A stretch of DNA of 62,995 nucleotides, filler included, from Stramenopiles sp. TOSAG23-3 (GCA_900128585.1; 36 parts of 36 records of this genome joined end to end with filler, not necessarily neighbours in it); one strand, 5' to 3'; positions 33,434 through 44,725 are shown, counted from the whole stretch's first letter. A program made the numbers and translations. The notes: generated by a model from the letters alone, not told the origin.

Positions 33434-34156
33434 TCTAAGACAAAAGTGGACGCACGCACCGTGGCATCCCCTGCTGCTCCACCGGCGTGTGCTGCGCAGG
33501 CATCGACACCGTCACAGGGAAAAATGTCCAGCCCAAGCAAAAAAAAAAAGATGGAAGAAATCAAACTGCAAATGCGCTTGAAGGCTGAGAGAAAAGAAAG
33601 GGAAAGGCTGGAGGAGATTGCCTTGAACAAGAAAATAGAGGAGGAGGCCCTCAAGTACGACCCCTGGGGACGTTCTGGTTGTGGGGCACCAAACGTAGAC
33701 AAACGCACGGGGCGCGTTGTGCGAGATTTAAGGACTACGGGGCTGCAAATAAGTGCCACGGGTAGAAAGCCAGTGTCCACATCGGGAACGCGAGCCGAAT
33801 CGGCCCCAGTAGAGTCAGAAAGCAGCGAAAAGATAGACCACAGCCAGGCTGATATGGATCCAGTAGAGACCCCGGATTTGCCAGCAACGACAAAGAAAAT
33901 GAGCCCTGCGGAGGAATACAGGGCGGAACTCCAAGAACAGATCAATTTGAAGCGTGCCCGCAAAGCGCAGGAGAAGCAGAAAGCGAGAGAGTGGGAGTTG
34001 AAGAAGGAGAAGGAAATGACTTCGTACGACCCGTTCGGTCGTTCTGGCTGTGGCGCTCCCATACGCAATGACGACGGGAAGGCGGTAGCAAATCTAAGAA
34101 TGCTCGCCGGGCAAAACGGAACGAATCTCATCACTGTGCACCGCAATATAGACTAA
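33434..34156 (+). CDS. CSPP1/CCDC66-like centrosomal or ciliary protein fragment (5'-partial)
   Basis: Two copies of a coiled coil followed by YDP(W/F)GRSGCGAP; YRAELQEQI motif. Confidence 0.65.
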   Translation, partial: SKTKVDARTVASPAAPPACAAQASTPSQGKMSSPSKKKKMEEIKLQMRLKAERKERERLEEIALNKKIEEEALKYDPWGRSGCGAPNVDKRTGRVVRDLRTTGLQISATGRKPVSTSGTRAESAPVESESSEKIDHSQADMDPVETPDLPATTKKMSPAEEYRAELQEQINLKRARKAQEKQKAREWELKKEKEMTSYDPFGRSGCGAPIRNDDGKAVANLRMLAGQNGTNLITVHRNID

Positions 34157-34370
34157 AAGGCGTGAGTCGTTGAAAGTGGATTACGCTGTTGACAGGAAAA
34201 TTGTGTGGCATTGGTGCTGAAGGTAAACGGTTAAGGGTATTGCACAGAAGCGCAGGGATTATTTCTAGAATTAGAACTGTGAAAATGAGTGTACGCAGGT
34301 AAAATAAATATTTTATATCCACTATAAGTTATATATTGATAATGACTGTATTTTAAATGAGGAAGGAACG

Positions 34371-34621
34371 TCATAAATGTTTTAAAGGTGCTCGTTTTCT
34401 GATGTACTGCTCCCCATGAAACAATGGTCGGTACTAAGTTTGATCGTTTCCTGTTCGTAAATTACAGCCAATTTTTTGTTTTTAAAGAATGATTCGAACA
34501 TATTTTAGATGCATAAATAACCGCCAGTATTTTGTTTTTAAGTTTAATATTTATGAAAAACAAATTATGTATGAGGAAGCTAAATTTAATTACTTACTAA
34601 GTAACAGCCAATTTTCTTGTT
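34371..34621 (+). mobile_element. Degenerate MITE family A fragments
   Basis: Right-TIR copies at 34463-34480 and 34602-34621. Segment 34371-34459 is shared with 44878-44963 (CATAAATGTT..AAAGG.GCTCGTT.TCTG.TGTACTGCTC...AGTTTGATCGTTTCCTGTTCGTA). Confidence 0.7.
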
Positions 34622-34697
34622 GTTTTTATATTTATGCTATGATATCATATTATATTTCAAAATATTTGTGTGTACATAACTCTTTTTACACTTCTTA

Positions 34698-34908
34698 AAC
34701 AAGAAAATCGGCTGTTGTTATTTATGTAATTAAAATTAATGTACTGCGAAGTGAGCTCTACTGGTGTGATTTTATTATAGTAATCAATATACCCTTTATC
34801 ACTAGACTATATAATTTGTTTTTCACTTCTTATATCAGAACCAAGTTAGGATTAGGGTACGACGAAGCTAAATTTAATTACTTAAAAATAACAGCCAATT
34901 TTCTTGTT
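34698..34908 (+). mobile_element. Full-length MITE family A copy (about 211 bp)
   Basis: AACAAGAAAATCGGCTGTT ... TAACAGCCAATTTTCTTGTT inverted termini; internal blocks shared with the other copies. Confidence 0.82.
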
Positions 34909-35445
34909 TTTTTATATCATATTAATTATCGTACATTTCTTTTATCGATTTCTTTTAGTTTTCAGAGAATATTTTCTCCTTTCTCGGTTAATTGTCTCTA
35001 AAAACCCGATTTTGTGACGTTTATGGCAACCTGTAACTCGGCGGCGATTTTAAACGTTCCAAAAGGGCACGCATTTCTACTTGNNNNNNNNNNNNNNNNN
35101 NNNNNNNNNNNNNNNNNNNNNNNNNNNTTAATTAATTAANNNNNNNNNNNNNNNNNNNNNNNNNNNNNNNNNNNNNNNNNNNNAGGATAATAATATAATA
35201 CGATCGTAGAGACGACGACACCCACCACCACCACCACCCACATAATAATAAATAGCGCAACAACTAAGCGAACGAACACACTTCTCTAATTCCACCATTG
35301 TTCATTGACCACACAATTTCGGCTGTTGGAAAATATTTCTAGACAATATACTATACGATGATGAAACAAGACAAATGCAAAAAACAAGTAAGTTTGCAAG
35401 ATTAAAACGACAAACAAACAGAAACCCGAAAGACAACAGCTGGCC

Positions 35446-36717
35446 ATGTCTGCTCTCGCCATCGAACAAAGCGGGGCGGACATTATTGCAGAAGAAATGT
35501 TGGTGTTGCGGTCGATGTATGTAGATAAATTTAACACCGTGACGCCTAGGAGGTTGCAGATTGAAGTAGATTTGTGCGACAAGACTTCCGTGACTGTAGA
35601 ATTCTTACTGACAAAGGATTACCCACGTGACCCAGCAACTATGCGATTCGTGGACAGCAGTTTGCTGCCAAAGAACATTGTTCAAAGCGCACTGGACGTT
35701 TCCATTTTGGAAGCGACCGAAAATGTAAATAGTCCAATGTTGTACACTATTCTCACACGCGTTGTAGATATGATAAACGCCAAGTTGGCATCCCTGGGAG
35801 AGGAAACGCCTAAGAAGGATGGGGAGAGGCCAAAGCTCCCCTCTCCCGTCCGTTTGGTTGCCGATAAAAATAGCAAATATTATTTTGGAGAGGGTGCCCA
35901 CTCGGAACTGGGTGTTCTCCGGCGGCAGCTGACTGAGGACATTCCACATTTTTCTGCCCGCCAATTTGAAGCGGCTGGGTTTATTATGTACTCCAATGAT
36001 TCGCAGAGTTCATACAATGTATGGACGAGGAAAGCCCCTGAAATGGTAATTATTCACGAAAAGAACAGTCCAGAAGTGTTGCCGTTGGAAGTTACTGCCG
36101 ACGGGATTAGCCCGGAAACCGTTGGGGAATGGATTGAGCTGTTCATTTCACAATACACCTGTTCTGGGACGGGAGACCTCTTGCAAAGCCTTGTCCAGTG
36201 GGTTTCCAGTTGCCAAGAGCTAGATCAGGCTGATCGATTGAAATACGACGTGGGTGAAGCCCCTGTGAACTTGGACGTTGACCCAAACGCAGACTACAAC
36301 TTGGAAAAGCTTCCATCGGTTCAAGAAATGGAGGAGCTCATTGGTATGAGCATTTCAACAGGGCGTGGTTTGCAAATCATAACTTGGGGCGACAAAAAGG
36401 TCAAGCTTAGCACTGTGAAACAGTTGGGATCCACGGCAAATTTCAACGCAAAACCTTTAGATGGCCGAGGTTCGGGAGCGGATCTACGAGTGAATGCCAC
36501 GCAGGACCCCCAAATTGTTAGAAACGTCGTCTCAAGTATGACGAGAGGAGTTGGCGCCCTGTGGCTGCAACGTGCAGTTGAGAGGATTGAGAGGGGAAAC
36601 ATGAACACGGTGAGCACGTTTTGTTCACAGGGCAGGCACCGCAGTGTGAGTTCGGCACTGATCCTCAAGTACCGTTATTACCCGAACGCAACATTCCGAC
36701 ACCTGAAAATGCGGTAA
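35446..36717 (+). CDS. RWD-domain protein with a C-terminal RapZ-C-like domain
   Basis: EEMLVLRSMY and DYPRDPA (RWD YPxxxP-like). C-terminal VSTFCSQGRHRSVSSALIL resembles RapZ CTGGxHRSV. Confidence 0.78.
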   Translation: MSALAIEQSGADIIAEEMLVLRSMYVDKFNTVTPRRLQIEVDLCDKTSVTVEFLLTKDYPRDPATMRFVDSSLLPKNIVQSALDVSILEATENVNSPMLYTILTRVVDMINAKLASLGEETPKKDGERPKLPSPVRLVADKNSKYYFGEGAHSELGVLRRQLTEDIPHFSARQFEAAGFIMYSNDSQSSYNVWTRKAPEMVIIHEKNSPEVLPLEVTADGISPETVGEWIELFISQYTCSGTGDLLQSLVQWVSSCQELDQADRLKYDVGEAPVNLDVDPNADYNLEKLPSVQEMEELIGMSISTGRGLQIITWGDKKVKLSTVKQLGSTANFNAKPLDGRGSGADLRVNATQDPQIVRNVVSSMTRGVGALWLQRAVERIERGNMNTVSTFCSQGRHRSVSSALILKYRYYPNATFRHLKMR

Positions 36718-36935
36718 AGCGGCAGTTTAGTGGTTTTTGTTTTTTGTAATGTTTAGTAGTACAGTTGAAAGGTCGATCGATCATCGATTCCATATTTAAG
36801 TAGTATTATAATTAGGGTAATAATATTATAAATANNNNNNNNNNNNNNNNNNNNNNNNNNNNNNNNNNNNNNNNNNNNTTAATTAATTAANNNNNNNNNN
36901 NNNNNNNNNNNNNNNNNNNNNNNNNNNNNNNNNNG

Positions 36936-38492
36936 TCCAACTACCACAAAGGGCAGCGAGATAAGAAGGCAAAAGGCGCCCCGAGGCCAGACTCGGTCAC
37001 CGAGATTTTTACAAATAGAGAAACGAGCGCTCCGTCGGTTCCGCGGCCGTCCCAAGCTTTTGGGTACGAACGGAACGAACGGGGCAAGCTGGTGCTGCAG
37101 GATGCGCCAGAGGAGACATATACCGGGATAAAGCAGGACACAATCGGACCGGCGAAGTACTTTGAAGACGGGCTCGATGGGACAATCCTGAAGAAGTCGG
37201 CCAGCAGCGGCGCGGTCGGGTTTGGCCTCTCCAGGACGAAGCGAAAGGTGTTTGAGGCAGTGGGCAACGAGCAGGTCGGCCCAGGGCGGTACACGCCAAG
37301 CCTGAGAAAATTAAACATTGCAAACGCGGAAGGGACCGCGGCCTTCTTGTCCAAGGTTCCAATGGCGCACGAAACGAAGGAGGGCCCGACACAGGCCGCA
37401 GAGGGCGAAGAGGTTAGGCACGGCGTCGGGGCGACGACCGATTACGCTGCGGCTGGCAGTGGGAATTGGCGCAAGCCCAACCGGAAGAGTAAGGTTCAGA
37501 ACTTTGGGGCGAAGGAAAAGCGTGGCTACTGGGACCGTCACGAGAGCGCGCCGTTTACGTCCAACAAAAATAGAAACCCGGGGCCAGGAACGTACGGGGA
37601 GAAGCGGACCTCATTTAGCTACCGGCCTAGAAAGAAATTGACGACGGAGAAAATAGGGTTTGACAGTTCGGACCGACGCCCGTGCCTGTCCTCGAAGTCC
37701 AGCGAAGATGCCGTCGGGCCTGGCGCGTACGATGACCAGAACAATATGAACACGATGGCCGCGCGATTGTCCTCGAACTTAAACGTTGGGGCAACCGGGG
37801 CTTTCGGCGTGACCGACCAGCGGTTTCGGGGTGGCCCGTTCGACGCTAGCAAACAAGCCCTTACCCCTGGGCCGGGGGCATATGACCCGCGCGTCGACGA
37901 AGGCCCCAACGGGCCAAAAAACGTGCTTAGAGACCTCGAGGACGATTTTATTTTGACGGCTGCAAAGTCAACGTCGTCGTTTCGATCCAAGACGGTCCGG
38001 TTTGGGACGAATGGGAAAGGTACCTCGGCAAACGCAGTCGCTCCGGATGCGGGAGCGTACTACACGCCGTCAAAGTGGACGAAAGACCCTGTGTCTGGGA
38101 GATCGGAGCGGGCCCAAGGCCTATCGTTTGCGTCATCAAACCAGCGTTTTGGAAACAAGCATGAGCAGGCACTGATCTGGGGAATGCCGATAGGGAAACG
38201 GCCCGGGCCCGGCCAGTACGCAACGAATCGAAAGCTATCTGTGAACGACATTCGGAGAAAGCAGCAGCACCGAAGGAACCCACGAATTCGCCCTCAGTCG
38301 GGACACTTTGCACAGGCAAGGTTAGGGAGCTACAGCAATAAAAAAGAGTTGTCGATGACCATTGGGTTGGAACCTCGGTTCGGGGCGAAACGGAGCAGAA
38401 GGAAAGGGGGCGCTAAGGCGCTCGGCCCCGGCGCCTACAATACAATGGGGAGCATGGTAAAGAAGTCGTTCAACGTAACGTATGGACTGTAA
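36936..38492 (+). CDS. SHIPPO-repeat protein, STPG2-like (5'-partial)
   Basis: APSVPRPSQAFGYE plus many GPGxY repeats (GPGRY, PGPGTY, GPGAY, PGPGAY, PGPGQY). Confidence 0.88.
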   Translation, partial: SNYHKGQRDKKAKGAPRPDSVTEIFTNRETSAPSVPRPSQAFGYERNERGKLVLQDAPEETYTGIKQDTIGPAKYFEDGLDGTILKKSASSGAVGFGLSRTKRKVFEAVGNEQVGPGRYTPSLRKLNIANAEGTAAFLSKVPMAHETKEGPTQAAEGEEVRHGVGATTDYAAAGSGNWRKPNRKSKVQNFGAKEKRGYWDRHESAPFTSNKNRNPGPGTYGEKRTSFSYRPRKKLTTEKIGFDSSDRRPCLSSKSSEDAVGPGAYDDQNNMNTMAARLSSNLNVGATGAFGVTDQRFRGGPFDASKQALTPGPGAYDPRVDEGPNGPKNVLRDLEDDFILTAAKSTSSFRSKTVRFGTNGKGTSANAVAPDAGAYYTPSKWTKDPVSGRSERAQGLSFASSNQRFGNKHEQALIWGMPIGKRPGPGQYATNRKLSVNDIRRKQQHRRNPRIRPQSGHFAQARLGSYSNKKELSMTIGLEPRFGAKRSRRKGGAKALGPGAYNTMGSMVKKSFNVTYGL

Positions 38493-38896
38493 ACAGTTGA
38501 TGTGCGGCTAAATTAAATAACGTATCGTACACGCATGGGGTCTCTTCTTTTCGCGGCAGTTTTTGTACAGATCCCCCCCCCCCCNNNNNNNNNNNNNNNN
38601 NNNNNNNNNNNNNNNNNNNNNNNNNNNNTTAATTAATTAANNNNNNNNNNNNNNNNNNNNNNNNNNNNNNNNNNNNNNNNNNNNAAATCATCCCATTTCT
38701 ATCTAAAATTTTTTCTTTCTCTCTCTTTTCTTTTCTATATCTATATCTATAACTCAACTTTTCTTTCCTTCGTTTACCACATCTAAAACAATCATTTGTT
38801 TTTCGTATGGTCCATTGCAATTGTCTTATTGTCACAAACTTCTTAAAACGATTTTCCACTTCTCTAACTTTACAACCAAGACCGATCAAACTCTTG

Positions 38897-39041
38897 GCTG
38901 ACTGACTGGCTGACTGACTGGCTGACTGGCAGACTGACTGGCTGACTGACTGGCAGACTGGCAGACTGACTGGCAGACTGGCAGACTGACTGACTGGCTG
39001 GCTGACTGACTGACTGACTGACTGACTGGCTGACTGACTGA
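38897..39041. repeat. Imperfect (CTGA/CTGG/CAGA)n tetranucleotide microsatellite
   Basis: gctgactgactggctgactgactggcagactg tract just upstream of the EF-hand gene. Confidence 0.9.
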
Positions 39042-39093
39042 CGACCCTTTATCATCGGTTAACCAACCTTATCCGTGTTACAGTTTGCAACCG

Positions 39094-40333
39094 ATGGCCG
39101 CCTTGGCAGCCGAAGAGGAGGAAGCGTACAAAGCCGCGTTCGACGCTTTCGACCATGACTTGCTTCCAACTTCCGGGGTGGTAAACAGGTCCGAAGCGAT
39201 CGCGCTGGTGATCAAATGGAATAAAACCCGGTTCTCTTTCAGGCCAGGGTTTAAGAACCCCAAGGTAAACAACAGCGGAAGAGTCATCACGATGACTTCG
39301 GGGATGGAGATAAAGCGCCTGCTTGCACCGTCCTTTCAGAAAAGAAGCACGGCGGAGGACCGGGTGCAGCTTATGCAAGACCTGGTTGCCTTTCTTGCCA
39401 AAGAGTTTAGCGTCGGGGCAGACGAGGACATGGACCAAGCCGACTTCCTCGAACTGTGGAGTCTTTGGGGGCGCAGCAGCGGGATGTGCCTGACGCCCGA
39501 TGCCGTGAACGCGGTTGTGGACATGTTCAACTGGGACAAGGACGACCCCTGCAAGCTGCGCCCAGAGAACTCCACAGTGGGCGAGTACGGGGTTTTGACT
39601 CCCCGGGATTTTAAAAAGTGGCTCGTGGGTGAGTTTACGGGGACCGGGGGAAGGGGGAAGCTGCGTAGTCGCTGTGGAAAACTTCACCGGGTTCTTCTGG
39701 AGCGAAAACTGTTTATGCAATGGGACCAAGACCATTCGGGCTTGCTAGAGGTCAAGACGGAAGTATGCCCCGTCGTGGACACCTACAACGAGTACACGGA
39801 GGAGCAGATTAGCTGGCCCGAGGGCGCAGAAACGCTGGACGTACACGATTTCATCCGCTGGGTTGAAAAGGACTTGTCGTCCAGCCCAAACGTTGCCCTC
39901 GAAATCCTTCACATTCTCCTGTTCCTCGTGGAATGCACCCAGTTCTTCGAAGCGCTGGATTTTCACGGCACCGGGGAAGTAACGCAAGACGAGATCATCT
40001 ACGCCGTGTATGGGAAAGACCCAGGAGACCTGGAGGAATCGGAACGGGCCAAGGTGTGGGACGCGATGAAGAATTACGACGCCGATGGCTCTAACTCGTT
40101 GAACAGAAAGGAGTTTCGGGACTACTGCCATAGGGAACTAGATTCGCACAACGAAGAGTATCGCACAAAATTTTTGGAGGAATGCACGGCGAATGCTCTG
40201 CATCTCTTCAATTCGGACAACGGGCAAATCAACAGCATGTACGAAAAATGGGTCCCGCCCGGCCACAAATGCCTGTCCAAGAAAGACGTCGGCATAACGG
40301 TTAAACTTTACAACAAAATGAAGGACGTGAAAA
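39094..40333 (+). CDS. Multi-EF-hand calcium-binding protein (3'-partial)
   Basis: DQDHSGLLE, DFHGTGEVTQDE and DADGSNSLNRKEF loops. Confidence 0.85.
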
Positions 40334-40565
40334 NNNNNNNNNNNNNNNNNNNNNNNNNNNNNNNNNNNNNNNNNNNNTTAATTAATTAANNNNNNNNNNN
40401 NNNNNNNNNNNNNNNNNNNNNNNNNNNNNNNNNAAAGAAAAATTATAATAAATTTATTATCTTTCAAAATTAGAAAAAACCCTCTGTGTAAAATATTATT
40501 ATAAAAACCAAACAGTGAATCCTCCTTCTCCAAAAACAACGAAATTAAATATAACTGGTCCGTGC

Positions 40566-41732
40566 TTAATTTCTTGGGTCACAGGTATGATCCAAGCGTG
40601 GTTCTAAGTATGCCTTTAATTCGTCCAAGGTAGTGTTGGGAAGGTCCTTTCGTGCCATAGGGGCACCACCGTAGCGAACAAAATTTGCAGGGACAACTTT
40701 GAACGGACGATCCTGACGACCGGTGAATTCGTTGTATGCAACGCTTACACTCACGGTGTTGTGGTCGAAATCCAGGTCAAAGCGAAGGGCAGACCCGGGG
40801 GTCGTCGCGTTTGGCGGGAACGGTGCCGTGTGCCATTCCAACCCGAACAGTTCGCCCATCGCATCCAGATCGCCGTCGTGACCCACCAGAAACAGGGTAT
40901 CGTCCAACACAGGATTGTCCAGGAATGACATGATTTCTTCGACCATGATGCTGTGGCTTCTCGCAACCAACGGCAGGGCGCGGTCGTTCACACTGCGGTA
41001 CCAAATGTGCTCCGTCAACAAGTCGTTCACGTAGGCTTCTTTCTCTTCCCCCCAGGCAACCTCCATCCCTGCCCCCAACTGCATTAAAAACGCTTCGGAG
41101 AACTCGCTCGCAACGCTGCCCCCCCCTGTGAAGTAACCATTGTCGAACACTTTGTCGGGTATGCTTTGAATCGGGGGCGCCTTTCCTTTCCCAAGGACTC
41201 CCTGAAGGCGTGTCAACCTGTCCACGTGTTCCTTCGACGGGGGGTTCGCCGCAAAGCTCGCCTTCAAGGCGGCCACTGTTTCGTTCACACTGGGGGCCTT
41301 GCAAAGCCCAACCCCAACCGGGTTGAACAGGTACGGCGCTGGTATGTACGCAGTAGACCGCCCAAGCCCTTCCAGAAGGGCAATGGCCGTGTCGTTGTCT
41401 CTCTTCGCTGTTGTGTCCACTTTTACGGCAAGTTTTCCCTTCGGAAGCGACGCGCTCAAACTCTTTCCGAATTCTTTAATTGCCGCTATCCCTTGAGGAA
41501 GGCACTGGTACGACGGCACTGGCCAGGTGGGAAAGTGGTGGGATGAGTAATTATCAAACGCATTAAACCCTGGCGCCCCATAGATTCCAGACTGCGTCGG
41601 GGTGGCCCGCAAACAGTGGCGCATGACAAACACCGACCGGACAGGGGGTCGGCCTGACCCCCCCATGCGTTTCCCATGGCAAAGGGATACTCCCAACACG
41701 CTTACAACTAGAATCAATGCAAAAGTGTTCAT
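40566..41732 (-). CDS. Secreted histidine acid phosphatase (AppA/Agp phytase or glucose-1-phosphatase-like)
   Basis: Signal peptide MNTFALILVVSVLGVSLC; MRHCLRATP (RHGxRxP variant); FLVGHDGDL; TPGSALRFD. Confidence 0.88.
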   Translation of the reverse strand: MNTFALILVVSVLGVSLCHGKRMGGSGRPPVRSVFVMRHCLRATPTQSGIYGAPGFNAFDNYSSHHFPTWPVPSYQCLPQGIAAIKEFGKSLSASLPKGKLAVKVDTTAKRDNDTAIALLEGLGRSTAYIPAPYLFNPVGVGLCKAPSVNETVAALKASFAANPPSKEHVDRLTRLQGVLGKGKAPPIQSIPDKVFDNGYFTGGGSVASEFSEAFLMQLGAGMEVAWGEEKEAYVNDLLTEHIWYRSVNDRALPLVARSHSIMVEEIMSFLDNPVLDDTLFLVGHDGDLDAMGELFGLEWHTAPFPPNATTPGSALRFDLDFDHNTVSVSVAYNEFTGRQDRPFKVVPANFVRYGGAPMARKDLPNTTLDELKAYLEPRLDHTCDPRN

Positions 41733-42223
41733 AATGTAAAACCTCTGTGTGTAAAATAAGGAATAGCAGTTCACTCTCTTCTTCTCTTCTTTTTTTTCTA
41801 CGCCATTTTAATGAAAACATTTCGTTTTTACCTTTCCAACCAAGTAGTAAATTATATATTTCTTCAAAAGAGAAGAAGAAGAAGAAAAGGCAATCATCCA
41901 ATTTTTTTATTTTTTTCCTTTGTTGTTGTTCTATGCTATTTATATATTATAATAATTGGCTCTGAAGGAGAGGTGATTGGATTGAGAGCGTTATATAGCT
42001 TATAAGGTCATAAATTATAAAGTCAATCAACCCGATTTTGAATTTGTTTATTGGTTTTGAGGATTAGGTGTGTGTGTTGTGTNNNNNNNNNNNNNNNNNN
42101 NNNNNNNNNNNNNNNNNNNNNNNNNNTTAATTAATTAANNNNNNNNNNNNNNNNNNNNNNNNNNNNNNNNNNNNNNNNNNNNTTTAATACTATTTACACC
42201 GCACTTGTTGGTCTTTCGCCGGT

Positions 42224-43483
42224 TTACTCACTGCTGCGTCGAATAAATTTATACAGGGTGTACTTTTTGGATGACAACTCGTTGAAATGGATATCGCACT
42301 CAGTCTCCGTTGCGTCAGCCAACGGGTTTTCGTAGTATGCTTCCGGAGCTTCCACTGTTGACGCTACCTCAAAGTCACTTTCAGTCATAGCCTGCAGAAA
42401 CTCGGTCAACCCATCCCGCTTTTTCGGTGCTACGTACAAGAACGCGCCATCGCTCTCCATAAGCCCTGAAACCACAGATATCAGGGCTGGCACCATTTCC
42501 AGGTCGTAGACAAGGTCGGAGCCCAACAATACCCCAAACTTCTTCCCACTTTCACTGCTGCCGCTCCCCTTTGGCCAGGTCGCGGTTCTATTCCAATCCA
42601 ATGCATGAGCGCCGCCTTCAGAAATGTTATTCGCCTTCAAATTATGGGATAAATTTTCGACACAGTGCGGCAAATAGTCGGTCAACAGTATTGATTTCGG
42701 TTTTCCAACGACACCAGCCGTTAAGCCCGGCAGGCCGCAGCCAGCACCAAGCTCGCAGACGTCCTTGTCGTTTACCCATTCAGGATGGGAGATCAGCCAC
42801 CTGGACAGCACGATCGAAGCCGACCAAATATTTATCCCCGTCACGTCGTGCTCTGCGACGTTGTCGTGAAACGCCGCGCCATCCCAATTAAGTGCTAGCT
42901 CCCTGCACTTTACCATGGGCCCACCAGCGCTCCCAAAAGAAAACGAGTGGGTTTTCTCTTGAATGACTTTGCTCTCCAACGGCGTGGCCGGGCTTTCTTT
43001 CGCCCCCGTCGTCTGCTTCTCGGCTTTGCTTTCAACCTGCCCCTTCGCCGCTTTGCTTTTTTCCAGCTCTTTTGCGGACGAGTGAGTCAAAAGTGCTGCG
43101 GTTATGTCAGCATTTTTTCTCCCAAACGCCTCTGTCAGTGGACTCTTCCCAAACGAATTCTTTTTCAAAATATCCGCTTTGGGGCTCGTCAGCAGGGTCT
43201 TTACGACGTCCAAATGTTGGTTCTGCACAGCCCAGTGAAGGGCAAAATTTCCATCACTATTAGGTTGATCGACCGCTCCACGCTCGACCAAAGCTTTCGC
43301 GCACGGCGCGTGCCCGTTTGCGGCAGCCATGTGAAGTGCTGTATTCTCGAAATCATTGCCGAAGCTTACGGGAATCCCAGCATCCAGATACGCCACCATA
43401 TCCTCCAACTCACCATACCGCGCGCACATTACCATTTCCTCCGCGTCTTCCTGGCTAAACTGGGCCTCCGTAAGCGATGCCAT
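42224..43483 (-). CDS. Ankyrin-repeat protein fused to a family-16 seven-beta-strand protein methyltransferase
   Basis: CARYGE, TALHMAAANGH, ALHWAVQN; TGINIWSASIVL, VCELGAGCGLPG, LTD, LDW, GSDLVY. Confidence 0.93.
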   Translation of the reverse strand: MASLTEAQFSQEDAEEMVMCARYGELEDMVAYLDAGIPVSFGNDFENTALHMAAANGHAPCAKALVERGAVDQPNSDGNFALHWAVQNQHLDVVKTLLTSPKADILKKNSFGKSPLTEAFGRKNADITAALLTHSSAKELEKSKAAKGQVESKAEKQTTGAKESPATPLESKVIQEKTHSFSFGSAGGPMVKCRELALNWDGAAFHDNVAEHDVTGINIWSASIVLSRWLISHPEWVNDKDVCELGAGCGLPGLTAGVVGKPKSILLTDYLPHCVENLSHNLKANNISEGGAHALDWNRTATWPKGSGSSESGKKFGVLLGSDLVYDLEMVPALISVVSGLMESDGAFLYVAPKKRDGLTEFLQAMTESDFEVASTVEAPEAYYENPLADATETECDIHFNELSSKKYTLYKFIRRSSE

Positions 43484-43930
43484 AGTAGATATACTACCTA
43501 TTAAATTGCACGCGATTCCTTTGGCCTCACGTTTGTGTTTGGTGAAAAGGACAGATGCTTTCTATACCTGTGTCAATGTGCTACTTGCATTTCCAAACGA
43601 TATATAAAAAGTATTGCATTATATGGTTAATGTATAGAAATAAACGAAGAACATGTAGAATAAAATAGTAATAATAATAATATGCGCATTTTTTTTTGTT
43701 TTCCTTCTTCTTACTTCTTCTTCTCTTTCCACATCATTATATTCTTCTTCTCTTCTTTTATTAATAATTCTTCTTCTTTCTTCTTCTTTCTTCTTATCAT
43801 ACTGCTAAAAAATGCTTGATGCTGTACAACNNNNNNNNNNNNNNNNNNNNNNNNNNNNNNNNNNNNNNNNNNNNTTAATTAATTAANNNNNNNNNNNNNN
43901 NNNNNNNNNNNNNNNNNNNNNNNNNNNNNN

Positions 43931-44260
43931 CGTGGACTTGTAAGTTTGAATCGGGGATGTCAACAATTTTTTGGGGAGAGAGAAAAAGCTTATTCTATAT
44001 CGAACCCCTTCGGTATAATTCTCAAAGTGAAAAGTACAAGATACTTTTTTGTCCCCGATCATTCCTTCGGTTAGAATAACATTTCCGACCAGCGCTTGCA
44101 CTTCCTCGCTTGAATGCGGATATCGTGTGGCTATTGTAGCCCGCGCCGATTTGTGCTCGAAGCCACGTGCTATAAATGCAAACAACCACACTAAGAAGAG
44201 CCCCCTGCCGAGAACGGTCTGCAGCGCAAACGACACAAAGCCCTTCATAAGCGATGGCAT
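43931..44260 (-). CDS. Hypothetical secreted or membrane protein N-terminus (3'-partial)
   Basis: ATG followed by hydrophobic LFLVWLFAFIA; frame open to the contig edge. Confidence 0.55.
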
Positions 44261-44725
44261 AACTGCATCCCTTGGTGTCTATTTCTATATTTATATCTAT
44301 ATCTATAGGGTTACGGCACAATAATTCGGCTTGGAGCAAATAATGATGGGGCTGTGTATTCTCCGGCGCTGTTGAATGTGCAACACAAAAAGATGCAGTC
44401 ATGCGTACAGACGAAGTAATATTTCATATTTGATGAAAAGAAGAAGGAAGAAAGCTGTCCGCGCTCCGCGCGAAGAAGAAGAGATGCGTCGTCGTAATTA
44501 TTCGAGGTACGGTGGTACGGTACGGTACCTCCGGCACGATGACCATGCTGATTTAAGGGATCTGGCAATCGTTTAAAACATGAAGTGTTTGTGGTTTTAA
44601 GGACTATGCCGAGTTCGTGTTTAGTAGTAGATGGGAGGAACAACAGGGCTAGACTTGAGTGTAGCTGACATTGTAGAATATATTTTATTTGTGTCGTCAT
44701 CACCATTTTTTAAACAAATTATAAA

